From Mobula hypostoma (Eukaryota), in contig NC_086097.1 of assembly GCF_963921235.1 (NCBI RefSeq), positions 223,388,001 through 223,452,000 on the forward strand: a stretch of 64,000 bases of DNA, written 5' to 3'. Positions 22,469 through 36,156 of the stretch are shown one piece after another; within the stretch, counting starts at the first letter, position 1; the number at the start of each line of letters is the position of its first letter. A program made the position numbers and the translations under genes. The notes below the pieces were generated by a model. It was not told the origin of the DNA and ran no database searches. It was given only the letters and a program-made list of their open reading frames with translations.

Positions 22469-24609
22469 GCTAAATGAGGCACTGTCCTGATTGGTATTCA
22501 TTATTCCATTCATTTTTGCAGGAAAATATGGCTGCTTCCATTTGACATCTCTACATTTGACTAAATATGGAACACAAAATGAGTACAAATGATAATCAAG
22601 AGCAATTCTCCAACTCTGGGGCATAGAGTACCAGGACCCCTACACACAAAGACATGATCTTAAATAAAAACAAAATTCTAAAAGAAATGCAAGTTGGCTG
22701 TTGCAAAACTACAAAACAGAATAAATCCAAGTGCAAGTCAAGAGGAACTAATCCAAGAAAATCAGCATAAAATTATATTTTTTTAAATTGTCAAAATGCT
22801 GTCACTACTATGTATGTAGTTGAGTTTAATTACACAACATGGCAGTTGCACAATAAGTGGACCTAACCTATTTGGTAAAGTCTGCGAAAAGCACTGTAGT
22901 TGCTGCTAACACAACTGTCCACAAATACAGGGACACATTTTTTCCCTCAACCTTGTTGCATTTCAAACTCTCAATCAAACCAAACAGATGAACATGTAGT
23001 TTTGGGTGACCAGGAAGTTCCAATTAGTGTCATTAGCATTCCAGGCCAGTGACTTCAGTTGGAAAAAGTATAATTTTATTATTTCAGTGGGGAACCAGTG
23101 ACAAGGTCAGGGTTATTGCCCATCCCTGATTGCCCTGGCTGTTATAATTGTAGGGCCTGCTAGGTAATTTCAGAGGACACTGAAGAGTCAACCATTTTGT
23201 TGGATGTAGAGTCACACGTAGACTAGAGCAGGCAAAGGCAGCAGATTTTCTCCCCTGCACGTTATGAGGACTGTTTGAAAATATAGCAATTTACCAATGA
23301 CTAGACTTAAAATAAAATTACAGATTATAAACCAAATTTAAATTCCACAGTTCTTTGGACTGTAAGTCTGGGTCTCTGGCAAGTGACATTTGTTATGCAT
23401 TATTTATTCCCCCAAGATAAGAGGATGGTTTACTTTAACAAAGAACACTCTCCCTATACCCCCTTAAAATCAAATATTCAGTCATTCACATTACTGTTAA
23501 ACAAAAATTTGCCTTTAAGCCAAACAACGTTGGAGGCCGGCAAGAAGTCAGAGTGGAAGGGAATAAGGGTCACTATAATCTGTGGAACTCATCCTCCAAA
23601 AAGTGAGTGCTTCAAAAGGTGTGCAGGAAATTGAAAGAAAGAAAATATCACTTCAAAGAATGCTATTCTTTGATACCAGGCAAAGAAAGCCTTGGGCATA
23701 ATTTGTGTTCTGTACTGATTGTATCAGTAATTAGTTGCTTAATTCTCCTCCTGAGAGCTAAGATGGAAAATTTTCATACTAAAGTTCGTCAGAAGAACAG
23801 CAGGCAGTAATTTCTGGCAGTAAAGTAGCTAATTTCAGAAACATATAGCTTGAGTAGAGTTGCTGAAGATTAAAAAGCAAGACAGACAAGGGAATATGGT
23901 GGCACGTCAATAATACTACTGATTCCCCCAGAGCTGAATGCTTCCATGATGCTGGCGCCAAAGATAGGGAAAATACTTTTTAAAACTGTTGATAATTTAA
24001 CTTCTTTTAGCTGATACTGACAGCAAAACACTAATATGTGGTTTCTGAAGATTCGTAGCTAGCTATTGCAATGTACTGAGCAATGATGCTACTTAAACAG
24101 ACATCACACCTTTTTTTTAAAACTCTACTCCAGTAGAGAGTTATACAATTTTGAATGTTTACTGCTGATTAACAAGCTACTTTGCAACTCCAGCCAAAGA
24201 TGTTTTCAATCACCTAATTTACTCAGCACACAGCATATTATTAATGCACACAGTCTGCTTTGGTGGCATATTAGCTGCAAGGTATGTCAAATCTTCTTTC
24301 AAAAGAAAGATAACCATCTAGTCATCTGTTCAGCAATATGAACAAAAATGTACGTGTAGCTGTTAGAATAATAACTTGTTTTAAAGACAATATCAAACAA
24401 TTATATAGTCAATTAATGAGATTACAGTAATATTATAAAACTATTAATACATCTCAGATAGTACAGCACAATGTTACCAACTGGTGGGACAATTAAGTGA
24501 AAGCAATTGATAGATTTGGATAGAAGAAATACAATTAAAAATTACACATGGCCTTGTTATTTGAGTCGTTAATTATTCAATAAGTCAAACCTGAGACTAC
24601 ATTTGATGG

Positions 24610-24852
24610 AACACACATCAAAGTTGCTGGTGAATGCAGCAGGCCAGGCAGCATCTCTAGGAAGAGGTACAGTCGACGTTTCAGGCCGAGACCCTTCGTC
24701 AGGACTAACTGAAGGAAGAGTTAGTCCTGATGAAGGGTCTCGGCCTGAAACGTTAACTGTACCTCTTCCTAGAGATGCTGCCTGGCCTGCTGCGTTCACC
24801 AGCAACTTTGATGTGCGTTGCTTGAATTTCCAGCATCTGCAGAATTCCTGTT
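24610..24852. mobile_element. Fold-back (inverted) PLE 3'-end mini-element with an HHR motif on each strand
   Basis: Inverted arms of about 100 bp; 15-bp TSD GACTACATTTGATGG (24595-24609, 24853-24867). Confidence 0.9.
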
Positions 24853-25832
24853 GACTACATTTGATGGCATATTCTGATTCTCAAATGAACTTAGCTTGTT
24901 AAATATACTCAAGGAGGAAATACATATTTCTAACCATATCAGCAGGCTTGTGCTGGTGGAAGAACTAACTGATGTAGTTTCAGAACAAATTATGGACCAG
25001 CACCCAGACCATAACCCTCCAAACTCCTACCATCCAATACCTATCCAAACTTCTCTTAAATATTGAAATCGAGCTTGCATGCATTACTTGTGCTGGCACA
25101 CTCTCACAGTCCTCTGAGTGAAGTTTCCCCTCATGTTCCCTTAAACCTTTCACCTTTAACCCTTAACTTATGACCTCGAGATATAGTTCCACACAGCATC
25201 AGCCGAAAAAGCCTGCCTGCATTTACCCTATCTATACCCTTATTTAAAGATGACAAGCTTGGCCAAGGAGTCGTTGTCAAGACATGGGGAACTGGCCCCG
25301 ATGCAAATTTCCTTACTTATGTGCACTTGAAGTTTGTCACTAATTTCTAGTTGTCCAAATCAGTTTGATTTTTGGAAACAGAAAATCTGAAACATTAATT
25401 CAGTTGAGTTTACAAGAGCAAGACTCAGTCTCCATGCTGAATATCAATCATTGGTATCTATATATCATATAAGCCAAACAATTTTGTGCATCAGATGTAC
25501 CATTTTATTACTTCAAAAGAAAAACTTCAACTGCTCTTCATTTACTAATCTACACCAGATGAGATGAAGGTAGACTTGCCTGCAATATTGAAAAATGGCC
25601 AGCTCTCCAGTTCTACACAGGATATTAATATACAAAAGTAAAGTACAAGTAAAAAAAAAAGGAAATTGTAAATTATTTGATAAGATGCTTTTTGTTAGTC
25701 GCATTGATAGCCTCGTTATTTATTGAGGGCTGAAGGTATAGGTACTTAGGACTTGTCACTGAAGGAAAACAAAACTTGCTGCAACTTCAGAATAAAATGA
25801 CACCTTGCTCCCCATAATTTGTTCCTATACAT

Positions 25833-28800
25833 AAGACCATAAGACAAAGGAGCAGAAGTAGGCCATTCGGCCCATCGAGTCTGCTCCGCCATTTTATCAT
25901 GAGCTGATCCATTTTATCCTATTTAGTCCCATTGCCCCGCCTTCTCACCATAACCTTTGATGCCCTGGCTACTCAGATACCTATCAATCTCTGCCTTAAA
26001 TACGCCCAATGACTTGGCCTCCACTGCTGCCCGTGGCAACAAATTCCATAGATTCACCACCCTCTGACTAAAAAAATTTCTTCGCATTTCTGTTCTGAAA
26101 GGGCACTCTTCAATACTGAAGTCATGCCCTCTCGTACTAGACTCCCCCATCATGGGAAACAACTTTGCCACATCCACTCTGTCCATGCCTTTTAACATTC
26201 GAAATGTTTCTGTGAGGTCTCCCCTCATTCTTCTAAACTCCAAGGAATACAGTCCAAGAGCGGACAAACGTTCCTCATATGTTAACCCTCTCATTCCCGG
26301 AATCATTCTAGTGAATCTTCTCTGTACCCTCTCCAACGTCAGCACATCCTTTCTTAAATAAGGAGACCAAAACTGCCCACAGTACTCCAAGTGAGGTCTC
26401 ACCAGCGCCTTATAGAGCCTCAACATCACATCCCTGCTCCTATACTCTATTCCTCTAGAAATGAATGCCAACATTGCATTTGCCTTCTTCACTACTGACT
26501 CAACCTGGAGGTTAACTTTAAGGGAATCCTGTACGAGGACTCCCAAGTCCCGTTGCATCTCAGAACTTTGAATTCTTTCCCCATTTAAATAATAGTCTGC
26601 CCGTTTATTTTTTCTTCCAAAGTGCATAACCATACACTTTCCAACATTGTACTTCATTTGCCACTTCTCTGCCCATTCTTCCAATCTATCCAAGTCTCTC
26701 TGCAGACTCTCCGTTTCCTCAGCACTACCGGCCCCTCCACCTATCTTCGTATCGTCAGCAAACTTAGCCACAAAGCCATCTATTCCATAATCCAGATCGT
26801 TGATGTACAATGTAAAAAGAAGCGGCCCCAACACTGATCCCTGTGGAACACCACTGGTAACCGGCAGCCAACCAGAATAGGATCCCTTTATTCCCACTCT
26901 CTGTTTCCTGCCAATCAGCCAATGCTCTATCCACGTATGTAACTTTCCCGTAATTCCATGGGCTCTTATCTTGTTAAGTAGCCTCATGTGTGGCACCTTG
27001 TCTAACGCCTTCTGAAAATCCAAGTATACAACATCCACTGCATCTCCCTTGTCTAGCCTACTGGTAATTTCCTCAAAAAATTGTAATAGGTTTGTCAGGC
27101 AGGATTTTCCTTTAAGGAATCCATGCTGAGTTCTGCCTATCTTGTCATATGCCTCCAGGTACTCTGTAACCTCATCCTTGACAATCGACTCCAACAACTT
27201 CCCAACCACCGACATCAAGCTAACAGGTCTATAATTTCCTTTTTGCTTCCTTGCCCCCTTCTTAAATAGCGGAGTGACATTTGCAATCTTCCAGTCTTCC
27301 GGAACCATGCCAGAATCTATCGACTTTTGAAAGATCATTGCTAATACCTCCACAATCTCCACAGCTACTTCCTTCAGAACACGAGGGTGCATTCCATCTG
27401 GTCCGGGTGATTTATCTACCTTTAGCCTATTCAGCTTCCTGAGTACTTTCTCTGTCGTAATTGTGACTGCGCACACTTCTCTTCCCTGCCACCCTTGAGT
27501 GTCCGGTATCCTGCTGTCTTCCTCAGTGAAGACTGATGCAAAATACTTGTTCAGTTCCTCTGCCATCTCCTCATCTCCCATTACAATTTCTCCAGTATCA
27601 TTTTCTATCGGTCCTATATCTACTCTCACCTGTCTTTTACTCTTTATATACTTGAAAAAGCTTTTAGTATCCTCTTTGATATTATTTGCTAGTTTCCTTT
27701 CATAGTTAATCTTTGCTCTCTTAATGACCTTCTTGGTTTCCTTTTGTAAGGTTTTAAAAACTTCCCAATCCTCTGTCTTCCCACTAATTTTTGCTTCCTT
27801 GTATGCCCTCTCCTTTGCTTTAACTTTGGCTTTGACTTCTCTTGTCAACCACGGTTGCATCCTTTTTCCACTCGAAAATTTCTTCTTTTTTGGAATATAC
27901 CTGTCTTGCACATTCCTCATTTTTCGCATAAACTCCAGCCACTGCTGCCTTTCCCGCCAGTGTCTCTTTCCAGACGACTTTGGCCAGTTCCTCTCTCATG
28001 CCACTGTAATTTCCTTTACTCCACCGAAACACCGACACATCAGATTTCGGCTTCTCTTTTTCTAATTTCACAGTGAACTCAATCATGTTATGATCACTGC
28101 CTCCTAAGGGTTCCTTCACCTCAATCTCTCCAATCACCTCCGGTTCATTACACAATACTCAATCCAGTACAGCCGATCCCCTAGTGGGCTCAACAACAAG
28201 CTGTTCTAAAAAGCCATCTCGCAGACATTCTACAAGTTCTCTCTCTTGAGATCCAGTGCCGACCTGATTTTTCCAATCTACTCGCATGTTAAAATCCCCC
28301 ACAATTATCATAACACTGCCCTTCTGACAAGCCTTTTCTATTTCCTGTTGTAATTTGTAGTCCACATCACTGCAGCTGTTTGGAGGCCTATAAATAACTG
28401 CCATCAGGGTCTTTTTACCCCTGCTATTCCTTAGCTCAACCCATAAAGATTCTGCATCTTCCGATCCTATATCACCTCTTTCTAACGATTTAATATCATT
28501 TCTTACCTATAAAGCCACGCCTCCCCCTCTGCCTACCTTCCTATCCTTCCGATACACCGTGTATCCTTGGACGTTCAGCTCCCAGAGACATGCATCCTTT
28601 AGCCCGGTCTCAGTAACGGCCACAATATCATACCTGCCAATCTGTAGCTGTACAACAAGATCATCCACCTTATTCCTTATGCTGCGTGCATTTAAGTACA
28701 ACACCTTAAGACCAGTATTTGATACTTTTTGCTTTGATTTCACTGCAACTTTATTGCACTTCAACTCATCCCAATGGCTACACATTTGCCCCATCACCTG

Positions 28801-28912
28801 CCTGTCTTTCCTGACATCTTTACTGCTCACTGTCTTAGATTTATTTCTGTTTTCTCCTTCCTCTGCTCTATCATTCCGGTTTCCATCCCCCTGCCAAATT
28901 AGTTTAAACCCT
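25833..28912 (-). mobile_element. Young CR1 LINE, truncated at the ORF1/ORF2 boundary
   Basis: APE pieces (YLNARSIRNK, VAVTET, IYRPP, VGDFN, LGGSDH), open RT; TCTTATGG-type tail; possible TSD CTATACAT (25825-25832, 28920-28927). Confidence 0.92.
25923..28830 (-). pseudogene. CR1 ORF2: endonuclease broken by a few lesions, RT open for 668 aa (25923-27929)
   Basis: KSPGPDGMHPRVL, NYRPVSL, QHGF, YLDFQKA, SGVPQGSVLGPLLF, KFADD, YKALVRPHLEY. Confidence 0.9.
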
Positions 28913-29227
28913 CACTACACTATACATCTACTGCATTGATTTTAAGAGAATTTTTTTTTAATTTGATTTGATTTATGATATATTAATTAAAAAAGGTATG
29001 ATTGATAAATTGACTTGTTGTTCTTTTCCCACTGTCTCTCAAACATACAGTGAGGTAGCTATGGAGAAGAACAAATTGCTTGCTGAGTTTCAGTGAGTCA
29101 TAAACTTATGGTACCAAAACAGGTCTTTTGGCCTAGCATAGCCCAGATAACAAAAATACTATTGTGTGTTTAGCCAATGCCACTTCCACCTCTCCTTCCA
29201 TATTCCTGTAGGAAGCTTACAATACTT

Positions 29228-31030
29228 CAACACGAGGAATTCTGCAGATGCTGGAAATTCAAGCAACACACATCTAAGTTGCTGGTGAACGCAGCAGGCC
29301 AGGCAGCATCTCTAGGAAGAGGTGCAGTCGACCTTTCAGGCCGAGACCCTTCGTCAGGACTAACTGAAGGAAGAGCTAGAAAGTGATTTAAAAGTGGGAG
29401 GGGGAAGGGGAGATCCAAAATGATAGGAGAAGACAGGAGGGGGAGGGATGGAGCCAAGAGCTGGACAAATGATTAGCAAAGGGGATATGAGAGGATCATG
29501 GGACAGGAGACCCAGAGAGAAGGAAAAGGGGGCGGGGGAACCCAGAGGATGGGCAAGGGGTATAGTCAGAGGGACAGAGAGAGAAAAAGGAGAGAGAGAG
29601 AGAGAAAATATGTGTATATAAATAACGGATGGGGTACAAGGGGGAGGTGGGGCATTAGCGGAAGTTAGAGAAGTCAATTTTCATGCCATCAGGTTGGAGG
29701 CTACTCAGATGGAATATAGGGTGTTGTTCCTCCAACCTGATTGTGGCTTCATCTTTACAGTAGAGGAGGCCGTGCATAGACATGTCAGAATGGGAATGGG
29801 ATGTGGAATTAAAATGTGTGGCCACTGGGAGATTCTGCTTTCTCTGGCGGACAGAGCGTAGGTGACCCGATGCAGACTGGGAGATCGTTTTGCTTTTAAA
29901 GAAAGGGGCTTCCCTTCCTCCAACATCAACTCTGCTCTCAAACGCATCTCCCCCATTTCACCACGCACATCTGCTCTCACTCCTCCTGCCACCCCACTAG
30001 GAATAGGGTTCCCCTGGTCCTCACCTACCACCCCACCAGCCTCCGGGTCCAACATATTATTCTCCGTAACTTCTGCCACCTCCAACGGGATCCCACCACT
30101 AAGCACATCTTTCCTTTCCCCCCCCCCCTCTGCTTTCCACAAGGATCGCTCCCTACGCGACTCCCTTGTCCATTCCTCCCCCCCATCCCTCCCCACTGAT
30201 CTCCCTCCTGGCACTTATCCTTGTAAGTGGAACAAGTGCTACACATGCCCTTACACTTCCTCCCTTACCACCATTCAGGGGCCCAGACAGTCCTTCCAGG
30301 TGAGGTGACACTTCACCTGTGAGTCGGCTGGGGTGATATACTGCGTCCGGTGCTCCCGATGTGGCCTTCTATATATTGGTGAGACCCGATACAGACTGGG
30401 AGACTGCTTTGCTGAACACCTACGCTCTGTCCGCCAGAGAAAGCAGGTTCTCCCAGTGGCCACACATTTTAATTCCACATCCCATTCCCATTCTGATATG
30501 TCTATCCACAGCCTCCTCTACTGTAAAGATGAAGCCACACTCAGGTTGGAGGAACAACACCTTATATTCCGTCTGGGTAGCCTCCAACCTGATGGCATGA
30601 ACATTGACTTCTCTAACTTCCGCTAATGCCCCACCTCCCCCTCGTACCCCATCCGTTATTTATTTATATACACACATTCTTTCTCTCTCTCTCTCTCTCT
30701 CCTTTTTCTCCCTCTGTCCCTCTGACTATTCCCCTTGCCCATCCTCTGGGGTTGTTCCCCCCCTCCCCCTTCTCCTTCTCCCTGGGCCTCCTGTCCCATG
30801 ATCCTCTCATACCCCTTTTGCCAATCACCTGTCCAGCTCTTGGCTCTATCACTCCCCCTCCTGTCTTCTCCTATCATTTTGGATCTCCCCCTCCCCCTCC
30901 CACTTTCAAATCTCTTACTAACTCTTCCTTCAGTTAGTCCTGACGAAGGGTCTCGGCCTGAAACGTCGACTGTACCTCTTCCTAGAGATGCTGCCTGGCC
31001 TGCTGCATTCACCAGCAACTTTGATGTAGG
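29228..31030. mobile_element. 5'-truncated PLE (+, 29893-31030) with inverted pLTR (-, 29228-29864)
   Basis: Plus arm encodes disrupted thumb/linker/GIY-YIG (ORFs 29862-30308, 30333-30626); 11-bp TSD TTACAATACTT (29217-29227, 31031-31041). Confidence 0.9.
30931..30972 (+). ncRNA. Minimal hammerhead ribozyme motif
   Basis: CAGTTAGTC-CTGACGA-AGGGTCTCGGCCT-GAAAC-GTC-GACTG, core intact. The partner at 29325-29366 (-) has GAAAG instead of GAAAC. Confidence 0.83.
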
Positions 31031-31152
31031 TTACAATACTTTATTTGATAATCCAGATACTTTTAACTGTAATGTAGGTTTCTGCATCCAGACTGTTAAA
31101 TCCAGACCAAATCACTAAATTATTAAACAAAAAAATCAATTCCCCCTACAGT

Positions 31153-34100
31153 CCATAAGACTACAAAACATAGGAAAAGAATTAGGCCATTTGGCCCACA
31201 GAATCTGCTCCACCATTCCATCATGGCTGATTTATTATCCCTCTCAACTTTATTTTCCTAACCCCATAACCGTTCACCTCTGACTAATCAAGACCTACGT
31301 AACTCCACTTTAAATACACCCAATGACTTGGCCTCCATAGCCATGTGTAGCAATGATTCACTACCTTCTGGCCAACGAAATTCCTCCTCATCTCTGTTCT
31401 CAATGGACTGAGGCTGTGCCCTCAGATCCTAGACTGACCCACAAAGGAAACATCCTCTCCACATCTACTCTATCCAGATGTTACAATATTTTGTAGATTT
31501 CAATGAGATCCTTCCCCATTCATCTAAACTTGCCCCTCCACCTATCTTCGTATCGTCCACAAAAGCATTAATTCCGTCATCCAAATCATTCTCATATAAC
31601 ATAAAGAGAAGTGATCCTAACACCAATCCCTGTGGAAAACCACTAGTCATCAGCAGCCATCTAGAAAAAGGACCCCTTTATTCCATCTCTTTATTTCCTA
31701 CTGGTCAGTAAATCCTCGATGCATGCTAGTATCTTTCCTGTAATACCATGGACTCTTATCTTGTTAAGCAGTCTCATGTGTGACACCTTGTCAAAAGTTT
31801 CTGAAATTCCAGGTAAACAACATCCACTAACTCCCCTTTGTCTTTCCTGCTTGTTATTTCTTCAAAGAATTCCACCAGATTTGTCAGGCAAGATTTCCCC
31901 TTAAAGAAACCATGATGACTTTTGCCTATTTTAGCACGTGCCTCGAAATATTCCAAAACCTCCAGTCAAGACGACACCACTGAAAATGATTTCTCAAGCA
32001 ACAACTTCCAGATAGCCAATCTCTTCAATTATTTCACTTACTCTACATCTTCAGCTTGTTCTTTCTGTCTTGATTGTGTTACAGAAACTGCTGGAGCCTG
32101 TGATATGCTGTTTGGAATTCAATCGAATAACCTAACAAGAACACAAGCTGCCTCACAGAAAAGATCAGAGGATGGGGAGTCATGAGCAACTCTATTTCGA
32201 AGTGTCAAGGAAGATGTGAATGCAGAGGAGGTCAGAGGTCACTCTCAATGGAGGCCACGGGGTCAGTAGCTGGGTCTGCAGTGTTTGAGCTTGGACCTGG
32301 GTGGTGGTCGCTCTTTGTGGAAGGACTGAGTACACGCAGCTGCTCTCCTTGAAAGCCGATGGAAGGAAGTTTTCGATATGCTAAAATTTACGTGAATATT
32401 GAACAGTACTTTCTATTGGTCTCCTTCAGTTTTCGGTGTTTTCTTCCTTGTCACTGATTGGCAGGCGGGAGAAATGTAACTTTTTATGCGAAGGAGAAGT
32501 TGGGAATTTGGCATCTGATATTCTTATTGGTGTTTTTCTGTGTGGGTGAATCTGTTAGTTTTTGTGTGAGTGAGGGGTTTGGGGGTTTTGATGCTATTGC
32601 TTTCTGCAAGCAGGGGGTTGGGGGATTTGACACTATCATTACTGGTTTTTGTGAGGATGTTGGGGCTTTGGGGTTTATGGGGTGTTCGGTTAGTTTTTTG
32701 TGTGAGGTAGGTATGGGGGATTTTGGGGTTTGTAAGTTTTGTTTCTGTATCGTTGTGGGGGAGTGATGGCTCTTCTTTTCAACAACTCACATGGGTTTTC
32801 TGTGTTTCATGGCTATCTGGAAAAGACAAACATCAGAGTTGTACTTTACATGCATACCTTGACAATAAAATGAACCTTTGAACCTCATCCTTAATAAATG
32901 ACTCCAGCACCTTCTCAACCACAGAAGTCAGGTCTATAATTTCCTTTCCTCAGCCTCCCTCACTTCTTAAAATCTGCAGTGTCATTTGCAATTTCCCTCA
33001 CCCTAATGATTCTCGAAAGATCATTACTAATGCCTCCACAATCTCTTCAGCTACCTCTTTCAGAACCCTGGGGTATAATCCATCTGGTCCAGGTGATTAA
33101 TCTACCTTCATAACTTTCACCTTCCAAAGTACCTTCTCCTTAGAACAACAATACTCCTTTCTGGCATACTGCTAGTGTCTTTCATAGTGAAGATTGATGG
33201 AAAATAGTCATAAAATTCCCCCACTTTTAAATTTGTCTCCCATTACTACCTCTCCAGTGACATTTTCCAGTGATCTAATATCCACTCTCACCTCTCTTTT
33301 ACTCTTTATATATTGAAAAAGCTTTTAGTATCCTCTTTGATATTATTACCTAGTTTCCATTCATATTTCATTTTTTCTCCCCTTATGGCTTTTTGGTTGC
33401 CTTGGTTGTTTCTTTAAAAAGCCTCCCAAACATGTAACGTCCCACTAATTTTTGCTATATTATATGCCCTCTCTTTTGCTTTCATGCTTCTTTGACTTCC
33501 CTTGTCAGCCACGGTTGCTTTATCCTCCCTTTAGAGTACTTCATCTTTGAGATATATTTATCTTGTGCCTTCTGAATCATTCACAGAAACTTCAGCCATA
33601 TTTTTTCTGCCATCATCCCTGTTAGTGTCCCCTTCGAATCAACCTTGTCCAGCTCCTCTCTCATGCCTCTTTAATTCCCCTTACTCCACTGCAATACTGA
33701 TATATCTAGCTTTACCTTCTCCCTCTCAAACTGCAGGGTGAATTCTATCACTGCTTCCTATCAGTTCTTTTACCTTAAGCTCCTTAATCAAATTTGGTTC
33801 ATGACACAGCACCCAATCCAGAAAAGCCTTTCCCCAAGAGGGAGCTGAACCACAAGCTGCTCTTAAAAAGCCTCTTGGGATCCAGCACCAAGATGATTTT
33901 CTATCTCCAATTGTAATTTGCACCCCACATCCTGGCTACAATACGGAGGCCTGTATATAACTCCGAGTATTTTTACCCCTTGCCGTTTCTTAACTCTGTC
34001 CACAAGAATTATACATCTTCCGATCCTATGTCACTTCTTTCTAAAGACTTGCTTTCATTTTTTTTAAACCAACAGAGCAACCTCACCCCCTCTGCCTACC

Positions 34101-35140
34101 TGCTTGTCCTTTCGAAACAATGTGTATCCTTGGATGTTAAGCTCCCAACTATGATCTTCCTTCAGCCATGACTCAGAGATGCTCACATCATACCTGCCAA
34201 TCTCTAACTGCATTACAAGATCATCTACCTTATTCTATGCATTCAAATATAACACCTTCAGTCCGATATTCATCATCCTTTTTGAATTTGTCCCCTTGCT
34301 ATACTTTAACCCAGCCCACTGACTGCAATTTTGCTCTATCATCTGCCTTGTCTTGCCTCACAGACTTACTACAAACTGCATCTAGTAGCATACCAACTGC
34401 TCCATCCTCAGCCCTATTACCCGGTTCCCATCCCTCCTGCCAAATTAGTTTAAACCCACGCCAAAAGCTTTAGCAAACCTGCCCAAGAGGATATTGGTTC
34501 TCCCTCGAGTTGAAGTGCAACCTGTTTTTTTCTACCCAGGTTATAGCTTCCCCAGAACACATTTCAATGATCCAGAAATCTGAAACCCTGCTTCTGCCAA
34601 TTCCTCAGCCACACATTCATCTGCCAAGTCATCCTATTCTTATTTACCTTCTCTGGCACATGGCACAGGCAGCAACTCGGAGATTACTGCTCTGGAGGTC
34701 CTGCTTTTCAGCTTTCCACCAAGCTCCCTATATTCTCTCTTCAGGACCTCCTCCCTTTTCCTATGTTGTTGCTATCAATATGTACCATGGTTGGTCATTG
34801 TTCACCCTCTCCCTTTGGAATACTGTGGACCTGATCCGAGACATCCCTGACCCTGGCACCTAAGAGGCAAAATACCACCAGGGTGTCTTCTCACGTGCAA
34901 AGAATCTTCTGTCTGGTTCTCTGACTATGGAATCACCTACCACTACTGCACTCCTCCCCCTTTCCCTTCTGTGCCACAGAGCAAGACTCAGTGCCAGAGA
35001 TCTGCTCACTGTGGCTTCTCCCTGGCAGGTTGATTGCCCATACAGTACCCAAAGTAGTATACATTTCTGAGGGGAACGGCTACAGGGGTATCTGCTTATT
35101 CCCTTTCTCTCTCCTGGCAGTCACCCAGGTTCTTGCCTCC
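31153..35140 (-). mobile_element. Decayed, internally deleted CR1 (ORF2 and part of ORF1), interrupted at 31963-32880
   Basis: Colinear similarity to 25833-28912 and, beyond it, to the ORF1-like region at 57200-57900. Confidence 0.8.
31963..32880 (+). mobile_element. Unclassified non-coding insertion, probably a non-autonomous retroelement
   Basis: Interrupts CR1 with AACCTC duplicated (31957-31962, 32881-32886); GT-rich body; ends AATAAAATGAACCTTTG. Confidence 0.6.
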
Positions 35141-35472
35141 TAAGAAAATAACCCAACTCCAATAAACCTCTCTGCCAAGGTAGCCAGGCCTACTTTGTTC
35201 TTGTTTTTCAAACTTCATGTTATTTTGTAAACCTATTTTAAGTCACTTTCAGCCACATGGCAAAAAGAATCACAGCCTCAAAAATCTCCATGTATTACAA
35301 ACACTGTGTATACTTATCATGGTGATTTTCTCTGCAAATGCTCCACTATCACATCCTTCCCATAATGCCAATAATCAAAACTGTACATGGTATTCCAATT
35401 CTGGCCTAACTTTCTATACGTCTAAAACAGTGTGCTTACTTTTATTCTGTCCCACAGCCAGTAAAGTATACA

Positions 35473-35830
35473 AGGTGACACAGCAGTGCTGCTCGGAGAG
35501 CTGCTCTCTCGCAGTGCCAGAGACCTAGGTTCAATTCCTGATCTCCTGTGTTGTCTGTAAGGAGCTTGCATGTTCTTCCAATGGCTGCATAGGTTTTCTC
35601 CACAAGCTCTGGTTTCCCATCGCATTCCAATGTTGTGTAGGTTAGTTGGTCACCACAATTTGCCCCTAGTGTGTAGGTGAGTGATAGAACCTAGGGGTGT
35701 TGAAAAGGATATGGGGAGAATAAAATAATGGAATTAAAGTAGGATTAGTAGAAATTGAGTGCTAGATGGCCAGCATGGTCTAGATGAAGCAAGGAGCTGC
35801 TTCTGTGCAATTTTTTTCTGATTCTATGAC
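35473..35830 (+). mobile_element. HE1-like V-SINE with CR1-type tail
   Basis: B-box GGTTCAATTCC, decayed V-domain, 3' end resembling a CR1 tail. Confidence 0.65.
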
Positions 35831-35906
35831 AATATTTCTACCCATATTATCCAATTGGCCTTCACATATATGCGCTTAAATATCCTAGGATTTCCGTGCA
35901 CTTCTT

Positions 35907-36156
35907 TCTTTCTTTTTAAATCTTTTTATTGAGTAAGTATACAAAAAAGGTAAGCCATATAAACATTAATACAATGTTAAAGTATAATAAAATTCCAAAA
36001 GATAACAATACCAAAAAGAAAATACTACAAACAATGTAATTTAAGCATAAGAAACCAAGATAACATAATAGTATACTAGATTTTATATATATCAATGGAA
36101 AAAAAGAAAAAAAAACCCCAAAAAAAACCCACCGTGCAACTAACTAAAAGCAAAGC
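35907..36156 (-). mobile_element. L1/Tx1-like 3'UTR insertion
   Basis: 13-bp TSD CCGTGCACTTCTT (35894-35906, 36157-36169); minus strand T-rich, ending AATAAA plus an A-rich tail. Confidence 0.7.
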
